A DNA stretch of 64,000 bases, from the IMG/VR virus record IMGVR_UViG_3300025133_000038, positions 1 to 64,000 of that record. The stretch is one strand, 5' to 3'. Positions 1 through 8,614 of the stretch are shown here, piece by piece. The number at the start of each line of letters is the position of its first letter. Position 1 is the stretch's first letter. The notes beneath the pieces are model-generated. The model worked only from the letters and a program-made list of their open reading frames with translations. It was not told the DNA's origin and searched no databases. The translations under genes and the position numbers were made by a program. Source of the DNA: a virus.

Positions 1-15
1 CTTTGGTAGTAGGGG

Positions 16-43
16 TTTACATCGTCGCCGTAAGTCGTATAAT
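16..43 (+). promoter_or_regulatory. sigma70-like promoter (16-bp spacer)
   Basis: TTTACA-N16-TATAAT. Confidence 0.65.
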
Positions 44-172
44 AGTATAGGGTTACGACGATTCCCCAGGAAGAGGCGGCTAGTTACATTGAGGTGCTAA
101 AGACCCCAGTGTGAGTACTACCTATGGTGGCTGAGATATGCCAATTGGGGGAGAGATATGTCCTCTCTAATA

Positions 173-430
173 TAGAGCGATGCGACTGCGAATGGAAGTA
201 GTCAGCGAGTTTCGCCAGCCGGTGAGCTGCCGGATGTGATTTCAACAGTATGGGGAGTGGTGTGTCTCGTCTGAGCTAGAGCGATGCGTTTAGGAGTGTT
301 TGTAGTCAGCGAGTATTGCCTGCCAGTGAGCCTGGAGATGATTTCCACAGCATGTGGGAGAGGTGCGTCTTGCCTAAGCTAGAGCGATGCGACTACGAAT
401 AGATGTAGTCAGTGAGTTCCTGGAGCCGTG
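173..430. repeat. Degenerate tandem repeat, about 103-104 bp x3
   Basis: TAGAGCGATGCG-N13-GTAGTCAGYGAGT at 173, 277 and 380; the rest of units 1 and 2 also align. Confidence 0.9.
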
Positions 431-667
431 TTAGATTGGGCCTAGAGTGGAACCTAATACATCATCAGGTCTTGCAGGGAGAAAAGGGTTAGCCTCAGGT
501 GTGGGCAACTCATCCTGCATGGGAATGATAAAGACTGGCTTATCAATGGTGATTGTCTTAGTTGTGGGCGCGACAGAGCGAGTACTGTTGTACCTATCCA
601 GGGCGAACATGCCTAGGGAGGTGCCAAGTAGAAAGGCTGTTAGTAGCCCTAAGGTAGAATGCTTCAT
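431..667 (-). CDS. Small exported/membrane hypothetical protein
   Basis: Hydrophobic N-terminus; AAGGAG RBS upstream on - strand. Confidence 0.7.
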   Translation of the reverse strand: MKHSTLGLLTAFLLGTSLGMFALDRYNSTRSVAPTTKTITIDKPVFIIPMQDELPTPEANPFLPARPDDVLGSTLGPI

Positions 668-689
668 AATATCTCCTTGTTAGATTGAG

Positions 690-758
690 TAGCTCAGGAG
701 GGAGTCGAACCCACTCGTTTAGGTTTAGAAGACCTAACGCCTATCCTCAGGCTGAGCC
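690..758 (-). tRNA. tRNA-Arg(TCT), shortened D arm
   Basis: GGCTCAG/CTGAGCT acceptor; TAGGT-CTTCTAA-ACCTA anticodon arm; GTTCGAC T loop. Confidence 0.85.
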
Positions 759-976
759 ATACAGGTGCTTGAACCTAGCCACTGGGGGTGTTATTCCAGG
801 TTCCAATCAGGATGAGACTCCACGCCGCGTGGGAATGATTACCCACCGCAAACGCTTCAGCGCCACAAATCAACTTACATTGAGAGGATAGGGTTTTTCG
901 GAGCCTACCCTCAAAGCACCATGTTTCATGGCGTAGTAACCTCCTGTTGCTCAGGTGCGACCTGAACAGAGCAGAC

Positions 977-1199
977 CAAGGTACGATGGAATCGAACCAC
1001 CTTTACGCCGTGTTTCAAAAGGGGTATTGTTGCAGAGGATAGAAATCACTCGAAAGCCCTACAACACGACCGGGGAATTGTGGATAACATCTTTTAGCGT
1101 CAACTCTCTAGGAGTGTATAGCCTACTTTGTCTATTAAATTCAACCCTGCGTCGTCAGAAGGCGAGGAAAGTTCCCACTGACCCGCCCTCAAATACCCT
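977..1199 (-). ncRNA. About 223-nt structured RNA with tRNA-like ends and a long rod domain
   Basis: T arm GGTGG-TTCGATT-CCATC; AGGGTAT/GTACCTT closure; long imperfect hairpin 1019-1200; own promoter. Confidence 0.6.
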
Positions 1200-1216
1200 T
1201 TGTGTCTTGTACTCCT

Positions 1217-1244
1217 ATTATACACCTAAAAGTCGCCCTGTCAA
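1217..1244 (-). promoter_or_regulatory. sigma70-like promoter, leftward
   Basis: TTGACA-N16-TATAAT on - strand. Confidence 0.85.
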
Positions 1245-1419
1245 GGTGCGAGATTCATAATATCTTGCTTTTTGGTCCCAGTCTCATTTTGAGACGATTC
1301 TGTAGTCTGGACATATCTCCGAACTACCAGCTCTCTGAAAATTTCAAAACTTAGAACAGTAAAAGCCACTAGGCGAGCTAATCAAAACCCTCTCTTTTGG
1401 CTTCCCCTCTTATGTGTCC

Positions 1420-1447
1420 ATTATAAATGATATGAAAATTTTGTCAA
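1420..1447 (-). promoter_or_regulatory. sigma70-like promoter, leftward
   Basis: TTGACA-N16-TATAAT on - strand. Confidence 0.8.
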
Positions 1448-1451
1448 GGGG

Positions 1452-1479
1452 TTGACTTTCCACTTTTATCCTCTAAAAT
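1452..1479 (+). promoter_or_regulatory. sigma70-like promoter
   Basis: TTGACT-N16-TAAAAT. Confidence 0.7.
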
Positions 1480-1573
1480 AGAACATGTGAAGTAAAGGGA
1501 TGGGAGTTAAACTTAGTTAGTGTTTACTAATTTGATTCGTCCCATCAAACATTGCTCTCTTCCTCTGCAAGAC

Positions 1574-1602
1574 ATTATAGACTCAAACGGGTGTCTTGTC
1601 AA
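1574..1602 (-). promoter_or_regulatory. sigma70-like promoter, leftward (17-bp spacer)
   Basis: TTGACA-N17-TATAAT on - strand. Confidence 0.7.
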
Positions 1603-1667
1603 GGTGCTAGGGGCGGTATTTTCGGGTTTCTGAGAAAAACTTTCTGGGAAAAGTTGTCGTCTGAGCC

Positions 1668-1695
1668 TTGACTTCTCCTCTGGATGCCCTATAAT
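1668..1695 (+). promoter_or_regulatory. sigma70-like early promoter
   Basis: TTGACT-N16-TATAAT upstream of first early gene. Confidence 0.85.
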
Positions 1696-1746
1696 GGGAG
1701 TATAAGAGACAAGGAAACGGAAACTTGAAATTAGCAAAGGAAAATC

Positions 1747-1989
1747 ATGTCAAAAATTGAAAAAATCGTCGTTGAGCCGATGTACGCTATCACCGTTACT
1801 AAGCAACAGGCCGAGATTATCCGCCTGTTTACGGGTAATGTTATGTGTTCCGACCGAGATAATGCGGAACAGTGTGCAGCTTATGATGCTTGTGCCGAGT
1901 TGTATAACTCGCTTGGCGAGGCCCAAGTCAACATGCCGCCTAACCTAGATTTATTGAAAAACATCCAACTACAGAACAATACATGGTAG
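1747..1989 (+). CDS. Hypothetical early protein
   Basis: ORF with AAGGA RBS after promoter. Confidence 0.8.
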   Translation: MSKIEKIVVEPMYAITVTKQQAEIIRLFTGNVMCSDRDNAEQCAAYDACAELYNSLGEAQVNMPPNLDLLKNIQLQNNTW

Positions 1990-2235
1990 TAATACTCATA
2001 GCTTGTAGCTTAATGTTCATTGTATTCTCTTTTTTACTCGAATAGAGGCCCCTTTCTTCCTGCATGAATCACTTTTAGCCTGAATCTAAGCGGTTTTAAG
2101 CCCGTGTGTAGCGGAATTGCGCTTGCCCGTCATGCGTATGGTCAACCTACCACTTTACAGTTGCCACTAACTAACTCTATAGCCTCTATAGTTATCTTCT
2201 ATGTTGCTATGGTCTAATTATGAAGGAAAATAGGG

Positions 2236-2418
2236 ATGGATATTTACGACCCAGAACGTCATAGACTCGAAAAAACAAGGCTTAAAGCCGAAACTAAGCT
2301 CTACAATGAGCTATCCTCATTAGGGACAGCAATGTATATGTGTGCATGGATGTTATTCATCCTTTTGAGTGGCTGTGTAGCCCTAATCTGGGACCAAGTG
2401 AACCAACTCTACAATTAG
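2236..2418 (+). CDS. Small membrane protein
   Basis: RBS; C-terminal hydrophobic segment. Confidence 0.65.
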   Translation: MDIYDPERHRLEKTRLKAETKLYNELSSLGTAMYMCAWMLFILLSGCVALIWDQVNQLYN

Positions 2419-2473
2419 GCCCAATACCCACCATTTAGACCAATTAGGTATCACATTGGGTAATTAACCCACA

Positions 2474-2755
2474 ATGGAGAGATATATGAGGTTAAATAGG
2501 ACTGCCTACTTAAAGAACCCACAAGAATACCCAAAAACAGCGTGCGACTTTCCCTGTATCCTAATCACTATTGATGATGGTGAGCTTGTATCACAAGACA
2601 TTACCATCTTCGATGAGGAGGATATAAAGATTTGCCAGTATATGACTTTGGATAGGCACTTTGCTCAGGTCAAACACCTGTTGTATTACGATATGCAGGG
2701 GCGTGTTGAGTTGGACGGTGCAATCCTTATTAAGCCTAGAGAGGTAATCAAATGA
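2474..2755 (+). CDS. Hypothetical protein
   Basis: ATGA overlap with next ORF. Confidence 0.7.
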   Translation: MERYMRLNRTAYLKNPQEYPKTACDFPCILITIDDGELVSQDITIFDEEDIKICQYMTLDRHFAQVKHLLYYDMQGRVELDGAILIKPREVIK

Positions 2756-2991
2756 AAACACCAGAAAGACTTCGTAAAATAGCCATGTGGTTAGAAGTAA
2801 GCCAAAGTAGAGGTGTTATTAAACACGTTAGCTCGGATATTGAGACTCTAATTGACGCAGCAAAAGAGATTGAATTGCAGAATGAGCTTACACAATTATT
2901 GTTCGCTGAACTTGAAAAGAAAAGCAATAAGATTGAAGCACTTCATCGTGAACTAAATCCTGATATGTATGACTATGCGAAAGGGTGCTAA
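2752..2991 (+). CDS. Hypothetical protein
   Basis: GAGG RBS; coupled ORF. Confidence 0.75.
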   Translation: MKTPERLRKIAMWLEVSQSRGVIKHVSSDIETLIDAAKEIELQNELTQLLFAELEKKSNKIEALHRELNPDMYDYAKGC

Positions 2992-2992
2992 A

Positions 2993-3253
2993 ATGAAAAA
3001 GCTACCTGAGATGCTAAGACGCTGGAATACGTTCGAGACTGTCTACAATGAGTTCTGTAGGGGCCTGTGGCAACATAGTAGTCAGGAACATGCCCTTTAC
3101 GTGGATTCGCTGGTGGCGGCTTGTACTGGCCGTGGGAATAACCAGAGACAGCTTGACCTTCATGGTCTGTCTCCTGAGTGGGTGAATAGGTATATCAATA
3201 TGGCTTGGGATGACTTTGAGAAACAGTGGGCCTTGGATGAGGCGAAAGGATAG
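2993..3253 (+). CDS. Hypothetical protein
   Basis: Start directly after previous stop. Confidence 0.75.
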   Translation: MKKLPEMLRRWNTFETVYNEFCRGLWQHSSQEHALYVDSLVAACTGRGNNQRQLDLHGLSPEWVNRYINMAWDDFEKQWALDEAKG

Positions 3254-3257
3254 TTAA

Positions 3258-3521
3258 ATGTCTACAAAAGTAAGCGTAGTAACGGCAGAACCCAGACCAG
3301 TTCACATGAGGCTCGTTGACGCTCCAACCTTGGAGTTGTTGCAGGAGGTTCATGGCTTTCAAAGGCTACTTATAACTTCTGGCAGAAAAGATAATCGTAT
3401 GGTCATCTTTTTTAATAACGATGGTATGAGTTGGGGTAGTGCTAGTGCTGTGGGTAATCAAGATATAGCGGTTCGACGAGCACCATTAGGTTCACAAGTA
3501 ACTCTCGAAGGGGGTAAGTAG
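3258..3521 (+). CDS. Hypothetical protein
   Basis: AAAGGATAGTTAA RBS motif. Confidence 0.75.
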   Translation: MSTKVSVVTAEPRPVHMRLVDAPTLELLQEVHGFQRLLITSGRKDNRMVIFFNNDGMSWGSASAVGNQDIAVRRAPLGSQVTLEGGK

Positions 3522-3522
3522 T

Positions 3523-3684
3523 ATGAGCTTTAATCAATTAGAGGAAAACGCTGAGCTTAACAAGAAGGTGATTCTATTGCAGGCCCGCATTAACATGCAG
3601 GATATTGCCATTCAGAAACTTTCAAGGGAGCTTAAAGAGAGTAAGGCGGCCCATCAGGAAACCCTAGAAGAGTATCTCTATTAA
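3523..3684 (+). CDS. Small coiled-coil hypothetical protein (53 aa, not in ORF track)
   Basis: ATG-TAA ORF MSFNQLEENAEL... fills the gap exactly. Confidence 0.7.
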   Translation: MSFNQLEENAELNKKVILLQARINMQDIAIQKLSRELKESKAAHQETLEEYLY

Positions 3685-3696
3685 AGGATAGTTAAT

Positions 3697-3891
3697 ATGT
3701 TTAATAAGGTACAAGCCAACCTATGTGCAGCTACCATCATCGACGACCTATGTGGGCGTAACGGACTGATGGAGGAGTGGGATAACCTTGACGAGGATAT
3801 TCAGACCGAGATTATTTTGGAGATTCGAGATAGAATCTTAGACCAAGACCCTGGCGAAGAAGAATATGAAACTTTGGGTATGGTTTATTAG
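3697..3891 (+). CDS. Hypothetical protein
   Basis: AAAGGATAGTTAA RBS motif. Confidence 0.75.
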   Translation: MFNKVQANLCAATIIDDLCGRNGLMEEWDNLDEDIQTEIILEIRDRILDQDPGEEEYETLGMVY

Positions 3892-3913
3892 GACTTTGAA
3901 AGGATAGTTAAAA

Positions 3914-4111
3914 ATGCTAAAGGTAACAATTGAGGCGACGAGCATGGATGGGTTGGAGCAAGCTGAGATGCTACGTGACCATATCTGCTATCATATCGAC
4001 AACGAACTTATGTGTGAGTTGGAGGGTAGTGAGTGGTCTGGTCATTCAGGTGGCGACGACGCTTATTTTGGGCTAGAGGATAGTATTATTCAGGTGAGGG
4101 TGGTTAAATGA
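3914..4111 (+). CDS. Hypothetical protein
   Basis: AAAGGATAGTTAA RBS motif. Confidence 0.75.
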   Translation: MLKVTIEATSMDGLEQAEMLRDHICYHIDNELMCELEGSEWSGHSGGDDAYFGLEDSIIQVRVVK

Positions 4112-4296
4112 GCGACACAGTAATTTCAGACCTAAGAGACATCGTGGACTTCCATGAGAATACCATTACCGTTCTACGCGAGCAAATCAAACGTCTCGAA
4201 ATGGAGAGGGAAGAAGCGTTAAACGAGGCGTATGATTACAGACAGGAAATCATGGACCTTGAAGAACATGTTAGAAACCTAGAAAGGGCGCTATGA
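4108..4296 (+). CDS. Coiled-coil hypothetical protein
   Basis: ATGA overlaps at both ends. Confidence 0.75.
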   Translation: MSDTVISDLRDIVDFHENTITVLREQIKRLEMEREEALNEAYDYRQEIMDLEEHVRNLERAL

Positions 4297-4445
4297 TTCA
4301 AACAATTAGTCTATTTTGCGTAATCTGGTTTACACCAGTAATCTTAATCAGGGGCTTTCGAGGGCAGGAAATACCAGCATATATGTTTATGTGTATGGCT
4401 ATGGCATGGGTCGCGTTCGTTCATTCTATGGGGTGGCTAGTCTAA
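4293..4445 (+). CDS. Small membrane protein (50 aa, not in ORF track)
   Basis: MIQTISLFCVIWF... coupled to both neighbours. Confidence 0.6.
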   Translation: MIQTISLFCVIWFTPVILIRGFRGQEIPAYMFMCMAMAWVAFVHSMGWLV

Positions 4446-4798
4446 TGATAGTACTAACGAAGTCTCTCAAGGTGACAAAGATACTTAAAAAGACTCAGGC
4501 TGCCTTCTTCAATCAGCTAGTAGTTGATGACATTATCCACCTAGCCTTTGAACTAAAAGATAGTTACTACAAGGCATCTTTGAGTTGTACGTGCGACAGG
4601 CTCTTGCGAGAATACCATGTTACTGCGAACTCAGCAGCAGTGAGGCTTAAAGAGTACTTTGAGGTTGAGGAAGTGGATACTAATGATTCTTCTGAACTAA
4701 GCATGAAAGACCGAGAGATTGCCCACCTAAAAGAACGACTAGGGGCTATGTATGTTGAGAATACTGAGCTTCGCAATAAGAGAGGAAGGTTTTCATAA
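4445..4798 (+). CDS. Hypothetical protein
   Basis: TAATG coupling at both ends. Confidence 0.7.
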   Translation: MIVLTKSLKVTKILKKTQAAFFNQLVVDDIIHLAFELKDSYYKASLSCTCDRLLREYHVTANSAAVRLKEYFEVEEVDTNDSSELSMKDREIAHLKERLGAMYVENTELRNKRGRFS

Positions 4799-4998
4799 TG
4801 TCTGGTAAATTTTTTGCTCATAACGTATTGAGCTTATTGACGTTGATTTGTGGCATTAGCTTCGCTCTTGTCGCTAATTTGTACTTCACATTTGAGAGAT
4901 TGAGTATGGACAATGTCGTACAGATAGCATTAACAACTATTATCTTCTGTTGCCTGTGCTGGGGGCAGAAGCTAGTAGGGGAGGATAAAAACTTATGA
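4798..4998 (+). CDS. Small two-TM membrane protein
   Basis: Two hydrophobic segments. Confidence 0.65.
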   Translation: MSGKFFAHNVLSLLTLICGISFALVANLYFTFERLSMDNVVQIALTTIIFCCLCWGQKLVGEDKNL

Positions 4999-5186
4999 AA
5001 ATTTGGGAATTGCTTGAGATACTAAGAGAGTGTAACTGCAACGCAGAAGTCAAGATACAAGGCAATACTTGGGTGCTTGATGACGGTACGTGGATGTGCG
5101 ACGACCCTGTGGGTATCATGGGCATCACTCCGGTCGAGACCACTGAGCGTAATCACTGTACTGAGGTAATCATTCAGAAGCTCTAG
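4995..5186 (+). CDS. Hypothetical protein
   Basis: GGAGG RBS. Confidence 0.7.
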   Translation: MKIWELLEILRECNCNAEVKIQGNTWVLDDGTWMCDDPVGIMGITPVETTERNHCTEVIIQKL

Positions 5187-5248
5187 GAGGCCGTTCTGGG
5201 CGTTGCCCTGGAATACGATTGGGAACCCGAAAATTTTTTGGCAGAGCC

Positions 5249-5276
5249 TTAGCGGGTCGCCAGGACGCTCTATAAT
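5249..5276 (+). promoter_or_regulatory. sigma70-like promoter (weak -35)
   Basis: TTAGCG-N16-TATAAT with upstream CCCGAAAATTTTTT tract. Confidence 0.55.
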
Positions 5277-5296
5277 TTACCTGAGAGGCAAATAAG

Positions 5297-5710
5297 ATGA
5301 AAAAGTATGTAATAACCGTAGGAACGTGGGACATGAACGATGGCGGCTTAATTGGGGACGTTAGTTTTCTCCTGCCAGACGAACAGTGTGCCTTACCTGC
5401 TTTTGAGAGGGATAAGTCTATCTTAGATGTTATCAGGAATAGTGAGACTATTCTTGACGCTATTAAAGAGGCTCAGGCTGACGACCTATTCTATCAGACT
5501 CTTGAGGACTATGGTTATGGTTCATGGTATGATGATGAACCTGCTCCAGAATGTAGTGAATTAAAAGTTAAGAGCGTTAGCTGGGTACACTACAACCTAA
5601 ATATTTGTATCCAGTACGAAGACCAAACCGTTATCATTAACGGTGAGGAAGAGACTATGGAACTTATTCTTGAACTTCAATGTGAAACACGGGAGCTAAC
5701 TAATGTCTAA
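5297..5710 (+). CDS. Hypothetical acidic protein
   Basis: ORF after promoter with RBS. Confidence 0.8.
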   Translation: MKKYVITVGTWDMNDGGLIGDVSFLLPDEQCALPAFERDKSILDVIRNSETILDAIKEAQADDLFYQTLEDYGYGSWYDDEPAPECSELKVKSVSWVHYNLNICIQYEDQTVIINGEEETMELILELQCETRELTNV

Positions 5711-6065
5711 GAAACATAAGCCTACTAAGAATCAAATGTCGGTCCTGCGAAGATTAGAGGCGGGAGATTTTCTATGCGCTCACTTTGGCTGTTCAATGAA
5801 TGGGTATGTTGCCTTTGTTGACTCTAATCAGAGGCTTCCGGGCGGTAGAGACACAGTACTTCACAACATTACCTTTACATCCCTAAGAGAACATGGATAC
5901 ATTGAGGAAGATTCCACATATAATTCATGGGAGGGCGATGCTCCTAAAGATACCACTTATTTTTCCAATAGGGATTCAGGAGGGCAGCATGTTGAGACAG
6001 TCCTCTACTTTAGGCTTGCTCAGGCAGGAAAGAACAAAATCATAGAAGCTACAAGGTTAATTTAA
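5703..6065 (+). CDS. Hypothetical protein
   Basis: Coupled ORF. Confidence 0.75.
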   Translation: MSKKHKPTKNQMSVLRRLEAGDFLCAHFGCSMNGYVAFVDSNQRLPGGRDTVLHNITFTSLREHGYIEEDSTYNSWEGDAPKDTTYFSNRDSGGQHVETVLYFRLAQAGKNKIIEATRLI

Positions 6066-6280
6066 TGAAGGTACTAATTCGCTATATGGGTGATAAGGGT
6101 GCTATCGGCCAACAGGTTGCAGGTAGAACGATTGGGCGATTGCAGGGTGGATGTGCTGTAGACATTCATGGTGTTGTCTTTGCCAAGTTCGAGAGAATTA
6201 AGGTTGATGCAGGAAGAACGGGCAAATGGCAGGAGATTGAGTTTACTATTGAGGAGGAAGAAATCCATAAAAAACCATAA
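6065..6280 (+). CDS. Hypothetical protein
   Basis: TAATG coupling. Confidence 0.7.
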   Translation: MKVLIRYMGDKGAIGQQVAGRTIGRLQGGCAVDIHGVVFAKFERIKVDAGRTGKWQEIEFTIEEEEIHKKP

Positions 6281-6287
6281 GAGGGGG

Positions 6288-6315
6288 TTGCCTTTGGTTG
6301 TTCTTCCCCTATAAT
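6288..6315 (+). promoter_or_regulatory. sigma70-like promoter
   Basis: TTGCCT-N16-TATAAT. Confidence 0.7.
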
Positions 6316-6355
6316 AAGAGAACAAAGCAACGAAACACACATTTTGGAGGCTCAA

Positions 6356-6565
6356 ATGAGCGAAAACGAACAAAATTTTGACTTTTCCCTTGTCACCTTT
6401 GGCGAGTTGGAGGAAATGGAACGATTCATGGCTGACGTTGATGGTAAAAGCATAACCTTTAAGAAGGTTAAAGGCTCTTTCAAAGGTATCGACTATGATG
6501 CTATTGATTCTAAGAACAGCGAATGTTGGGAGTTTGACTCTAGTGATGAGGTGATGCGAGTATGA
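6356..6565 (+). CDS. Hypothetical protein
   Basis: GGAGG RBS before ATG 6356. Confidence 0.75.
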   Translation: MSENEQNFDFSLVTFGELEEMERFMADVDGKSITFKKVKGSFKGIDYDAIDSKNSECWEFDSSDEVMRV

Positions 6566-6828
6566 GTAAGCAAACAATTAAAGTTGGTGTGTACTGTCAA
6601 GACAATGGCGACGGTAGTAATGGGACGACCTTGTATCCAACCCTTGCTGATGCTAAACAGGCTCAAGCAGAGCGTAATCAGTGGGAGACTCCTGAAGATA
6701 TTCCAGATGACTATGACCTTTGCTACTATGAACATGGTAGCGTACAAGAGGATACACTTCAAGTAGAAGTTCATGCTGATGGTAGTGTTACTTTGGCATC
6801 ATCCTACTATGTTGAAGGGGGTGCCTAA
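6562..6828 (+). CDS. Hypothetical protein
   Basis: ATGA coupling. Confidence 0.75.
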   Translation: MSKQTIKVGVYCQDNGDGSNGTTLYPTLADAKQAQAERNQWETPEDIPDDYDLCYYEHGSVQEDTLQVEVHADGSVTLASSYYVEGGA

Positions 6829-7581
6829 ATGAAAATCAGTTACGTTATTGGGGACATAACAGAGACAGTTAAGAGAGATAAGCCTCGTTGTATTGGGCAT
6901 TGCGTTAATAATCAAGGCGGTTGGGGTTCAGGTTTCGTCCTTAGCCTTGATAAGAAATGGCCTCATATCGGTGACTGGTATCGTTATTGGGCGTGGGGCA
7001 AAGACTTTAAGCCGTTCTTTAAGGAGGATGATACTGGCTACGGTATGAGAGAGGGAATGACTGGTAAGTTTGAGCTTGGTCAGGTACAATGGGTTAAAGC
7101 AGATGAAAACACTACTGTATTTAACATCGTTGGTCAACACCGTACTGGTATTCGAGAAATTGCTGGTATTCGTATTCCTCCCGTAGACTATCGCTCATTA
7201 CGAGAGGGTTTTGCTCGAATCAAAGAGTTTTATCTAAAGAGCGTTAAGCAAGACAACGCTTTTGACCTAGACTTAGTAAGGCTAGGCTGTGGACTTGCAG
7301 GTGGTAAGTGGAGCGAGATTGAGAAGATTCTCAATGAGGTCTTTGGCGACACTCTTATGGACATTACAGTATATGACTTTGCTCCTGGCATCCCCATCCT
7401 TGAAGAAAAGCATTTTGAGATAAAGATTCATTTGAGAGCTATCTCAGTTAGCAATGAAGTGTCGGACCCCGAAATTTTTTGGGATGGTGCGGTATGGTCT
7501 CTTGATGAGTCTATTAATCATAGGCACGTTCAATATCATAATGTATACAGATTAAAAATAGATTTTACAGGAGATAGGTAA
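6829..7581 (+). CDS. Macro domain protein (ADP-ribose binding/hydrolase, Poa1p/TARG1-like)
   Basis: GDIT, HCVNNQGGWGSGF and RLGCGLAGGKW motifs. Confidence 0.85.
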   Translation: MKISYVIGDITETVKRDKPRCIGHCVNNQGGWGSGFVLSLDKKWPHIGDWYRYWAWGKDFKPFFKEDDTGYGMREGMTGKFELGQVQWVKADENTTVFNIVGQHRTGIREIAGIRIPPVDYRSLREGFARIKEFYLKSVKQDNAFDLDLVRLGCGLAGGKWSEIEKILNEVFGDTLMDITVYDFAPGIPILEEKHFEIKIHLRAISVSNEVSDPEIFWDGAVWSLDESINHRHVQYHNVYRLKIDFTGDR

Positions 7582-7832
7582 TGGAAGCGACGAGAAAAAC
7601 AGAGGTAGTAACGGTTGGTGTTACTTTGGAGCTAACTGCTTTTGAGGCATCAGTACTCAAGTTGGTTTGTGGGTCTGTGGGTGGACTAGGTAAGCATAAG
7701 GATGTTGCTACTAAGGTCTATGATGTTTTAACCCAGGTTGGGGTTGATACTGTTAAAGATGGATATACACTCAAAAGTGAGTACGGAGGTCTCTACCTTA
7801 ACGAACAAGAAAAAGACGACATTCCCTTTTAG
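7581..7832 (+). CDS. Hypothetical protein with DDIPF C-terminus
   Basis: Coupled ORF with SSB-like acidic tip. Confidence 0.7.
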   Translation: MEATRKTEVVTVGVTLELTAFEASVLKLVCGSVGGLGKHKDVATKVYDVLTQVGVDTVKDGYTLKSEYGGLYLNEQEKDDIPF

Positions 7833-7841
7833 GAGATAGTT

Positions 7842-8036
7842 ATGAATGAGTATGAGATGGTTATAGGATGGGGTGACGACAAGGAATACACCGTAACAGT
7901 ACAGGCTACCAGTTACGCAGATGCAGAACGAGTCTGTCGCCTCACATGGCATAACCACAAAGAAATTCTATCAATTAAGATGCTCCATCGGGGCATCGTA
8001 CCACATGACCTATCAAGTGGAACATCGGAGTCATAA
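7842..8036 (+). CDS. Hypothetical protein
   Basis: AGGAG RBS. Confidence 0.65.
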   Translation: MNEYEMVIGWGDDKEYTVTVQATSYADAERVCRLTWHNHKEILSIKMLHRGIVPHDLSSGTSES

Positions 8037-8037
8037 A

Positions 8038-8328
8038 ATGATTGTCGGTAAGAACCATCGTAAGAAAGTGGAGCAGAGAAAGAGGGATGTGCGAAAGAGT
8101 AGAGCGTGGCGCAAATGGGGTGCTGCCCGCGTTTTGGATGTAGCTATGCGTTACCTAAGAACTGAACATGGTTGTATCGTATCTCAAACTTTTGTCTATG
8201 GGCCTCTCTATGAGACTACAGGGGTAGAGAAGGTTAGGACTCACGTTACTATTCCAAGTGGTGGTAGGTATACTGTCACGATTGAGAAGGTTTTACCTGA
8301 TGAAGAATACAGACAGAGAGGATTCTAA
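8038..8328 (+). CDS. Hypothetical basic protein
   Basis: ORF between neighbours. Confidence 0.65.
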   Translation: MIVGKNHRKKVEQRKRDVRKSRAWRKWGAARVLDVAMRYLRTEHGCIVSQTFVYGPLYETTGVEKVRTHVTIPSGGRYTVTIEKVLPDEEYRQRGF

Positions 8329-8329
8329 G

Positions 8330-8614
8330 ATGGACATGGACCTATTAGCGGCACGCATATTAAACCAAAGAGACACTGTTCATATAGAGCAGAAGAACCT
8401 TGGCGACCTATTAAGGCGTTGTACTCACCGTATAGTTAATGATAGAGATTCTGCTCATTGTAATGTGTGCGGGATTAACTTCGGATGGTGGTGTCCTGAT
8501 AGCGACAACCATCAGTGCGACTACTTCCATCAAGCCGAAGGTGAAGCAGAAGGAATAGGAACGTGGGACTATGATGAATGTATCCACTGTGGTGGACCGG
8601 AAGAGAGGAAATAG
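8330..8614 (+). CDS. Cys-rich (zinc-binding) hypothetical protein
   Basis: CxxC pairs. Confidence 0.7.
   Translation: MDMDLLAARILNQRDTVHIEQKNLGDLLRRCTHRIVNDRDSAHCNVCGINFGWWCPDSDNHQCDYFHQAEGEAEGIGTWDYDECIHCGGPEERK

Noticed and set aside
173-430. CRISPR array
   Set aside because: The units align over their whole ~103-bp length rather than as repeat plus unique spacer; only three copies and no cas genes
1164-1180. RNase P RNA (GAGGAAAGTTC resembles the P4 5' strand)
   Set aside because: No matching 3' P4 strand found downstream, and the region is driven by a promoter on the opposite strand
685-1260. + strand ORFs 685..891 and 955..1260
   Set aside because: Antisense to a tRNA and structured RNA; non-ATG starts with no clear RBS
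7818-7832. SSB gene (DDIPF C-terminus)
   Set aside because: The protein is only 83 aa with no recognisable OB-fold motifs; an SSB-tail mimic is possible but unsupported
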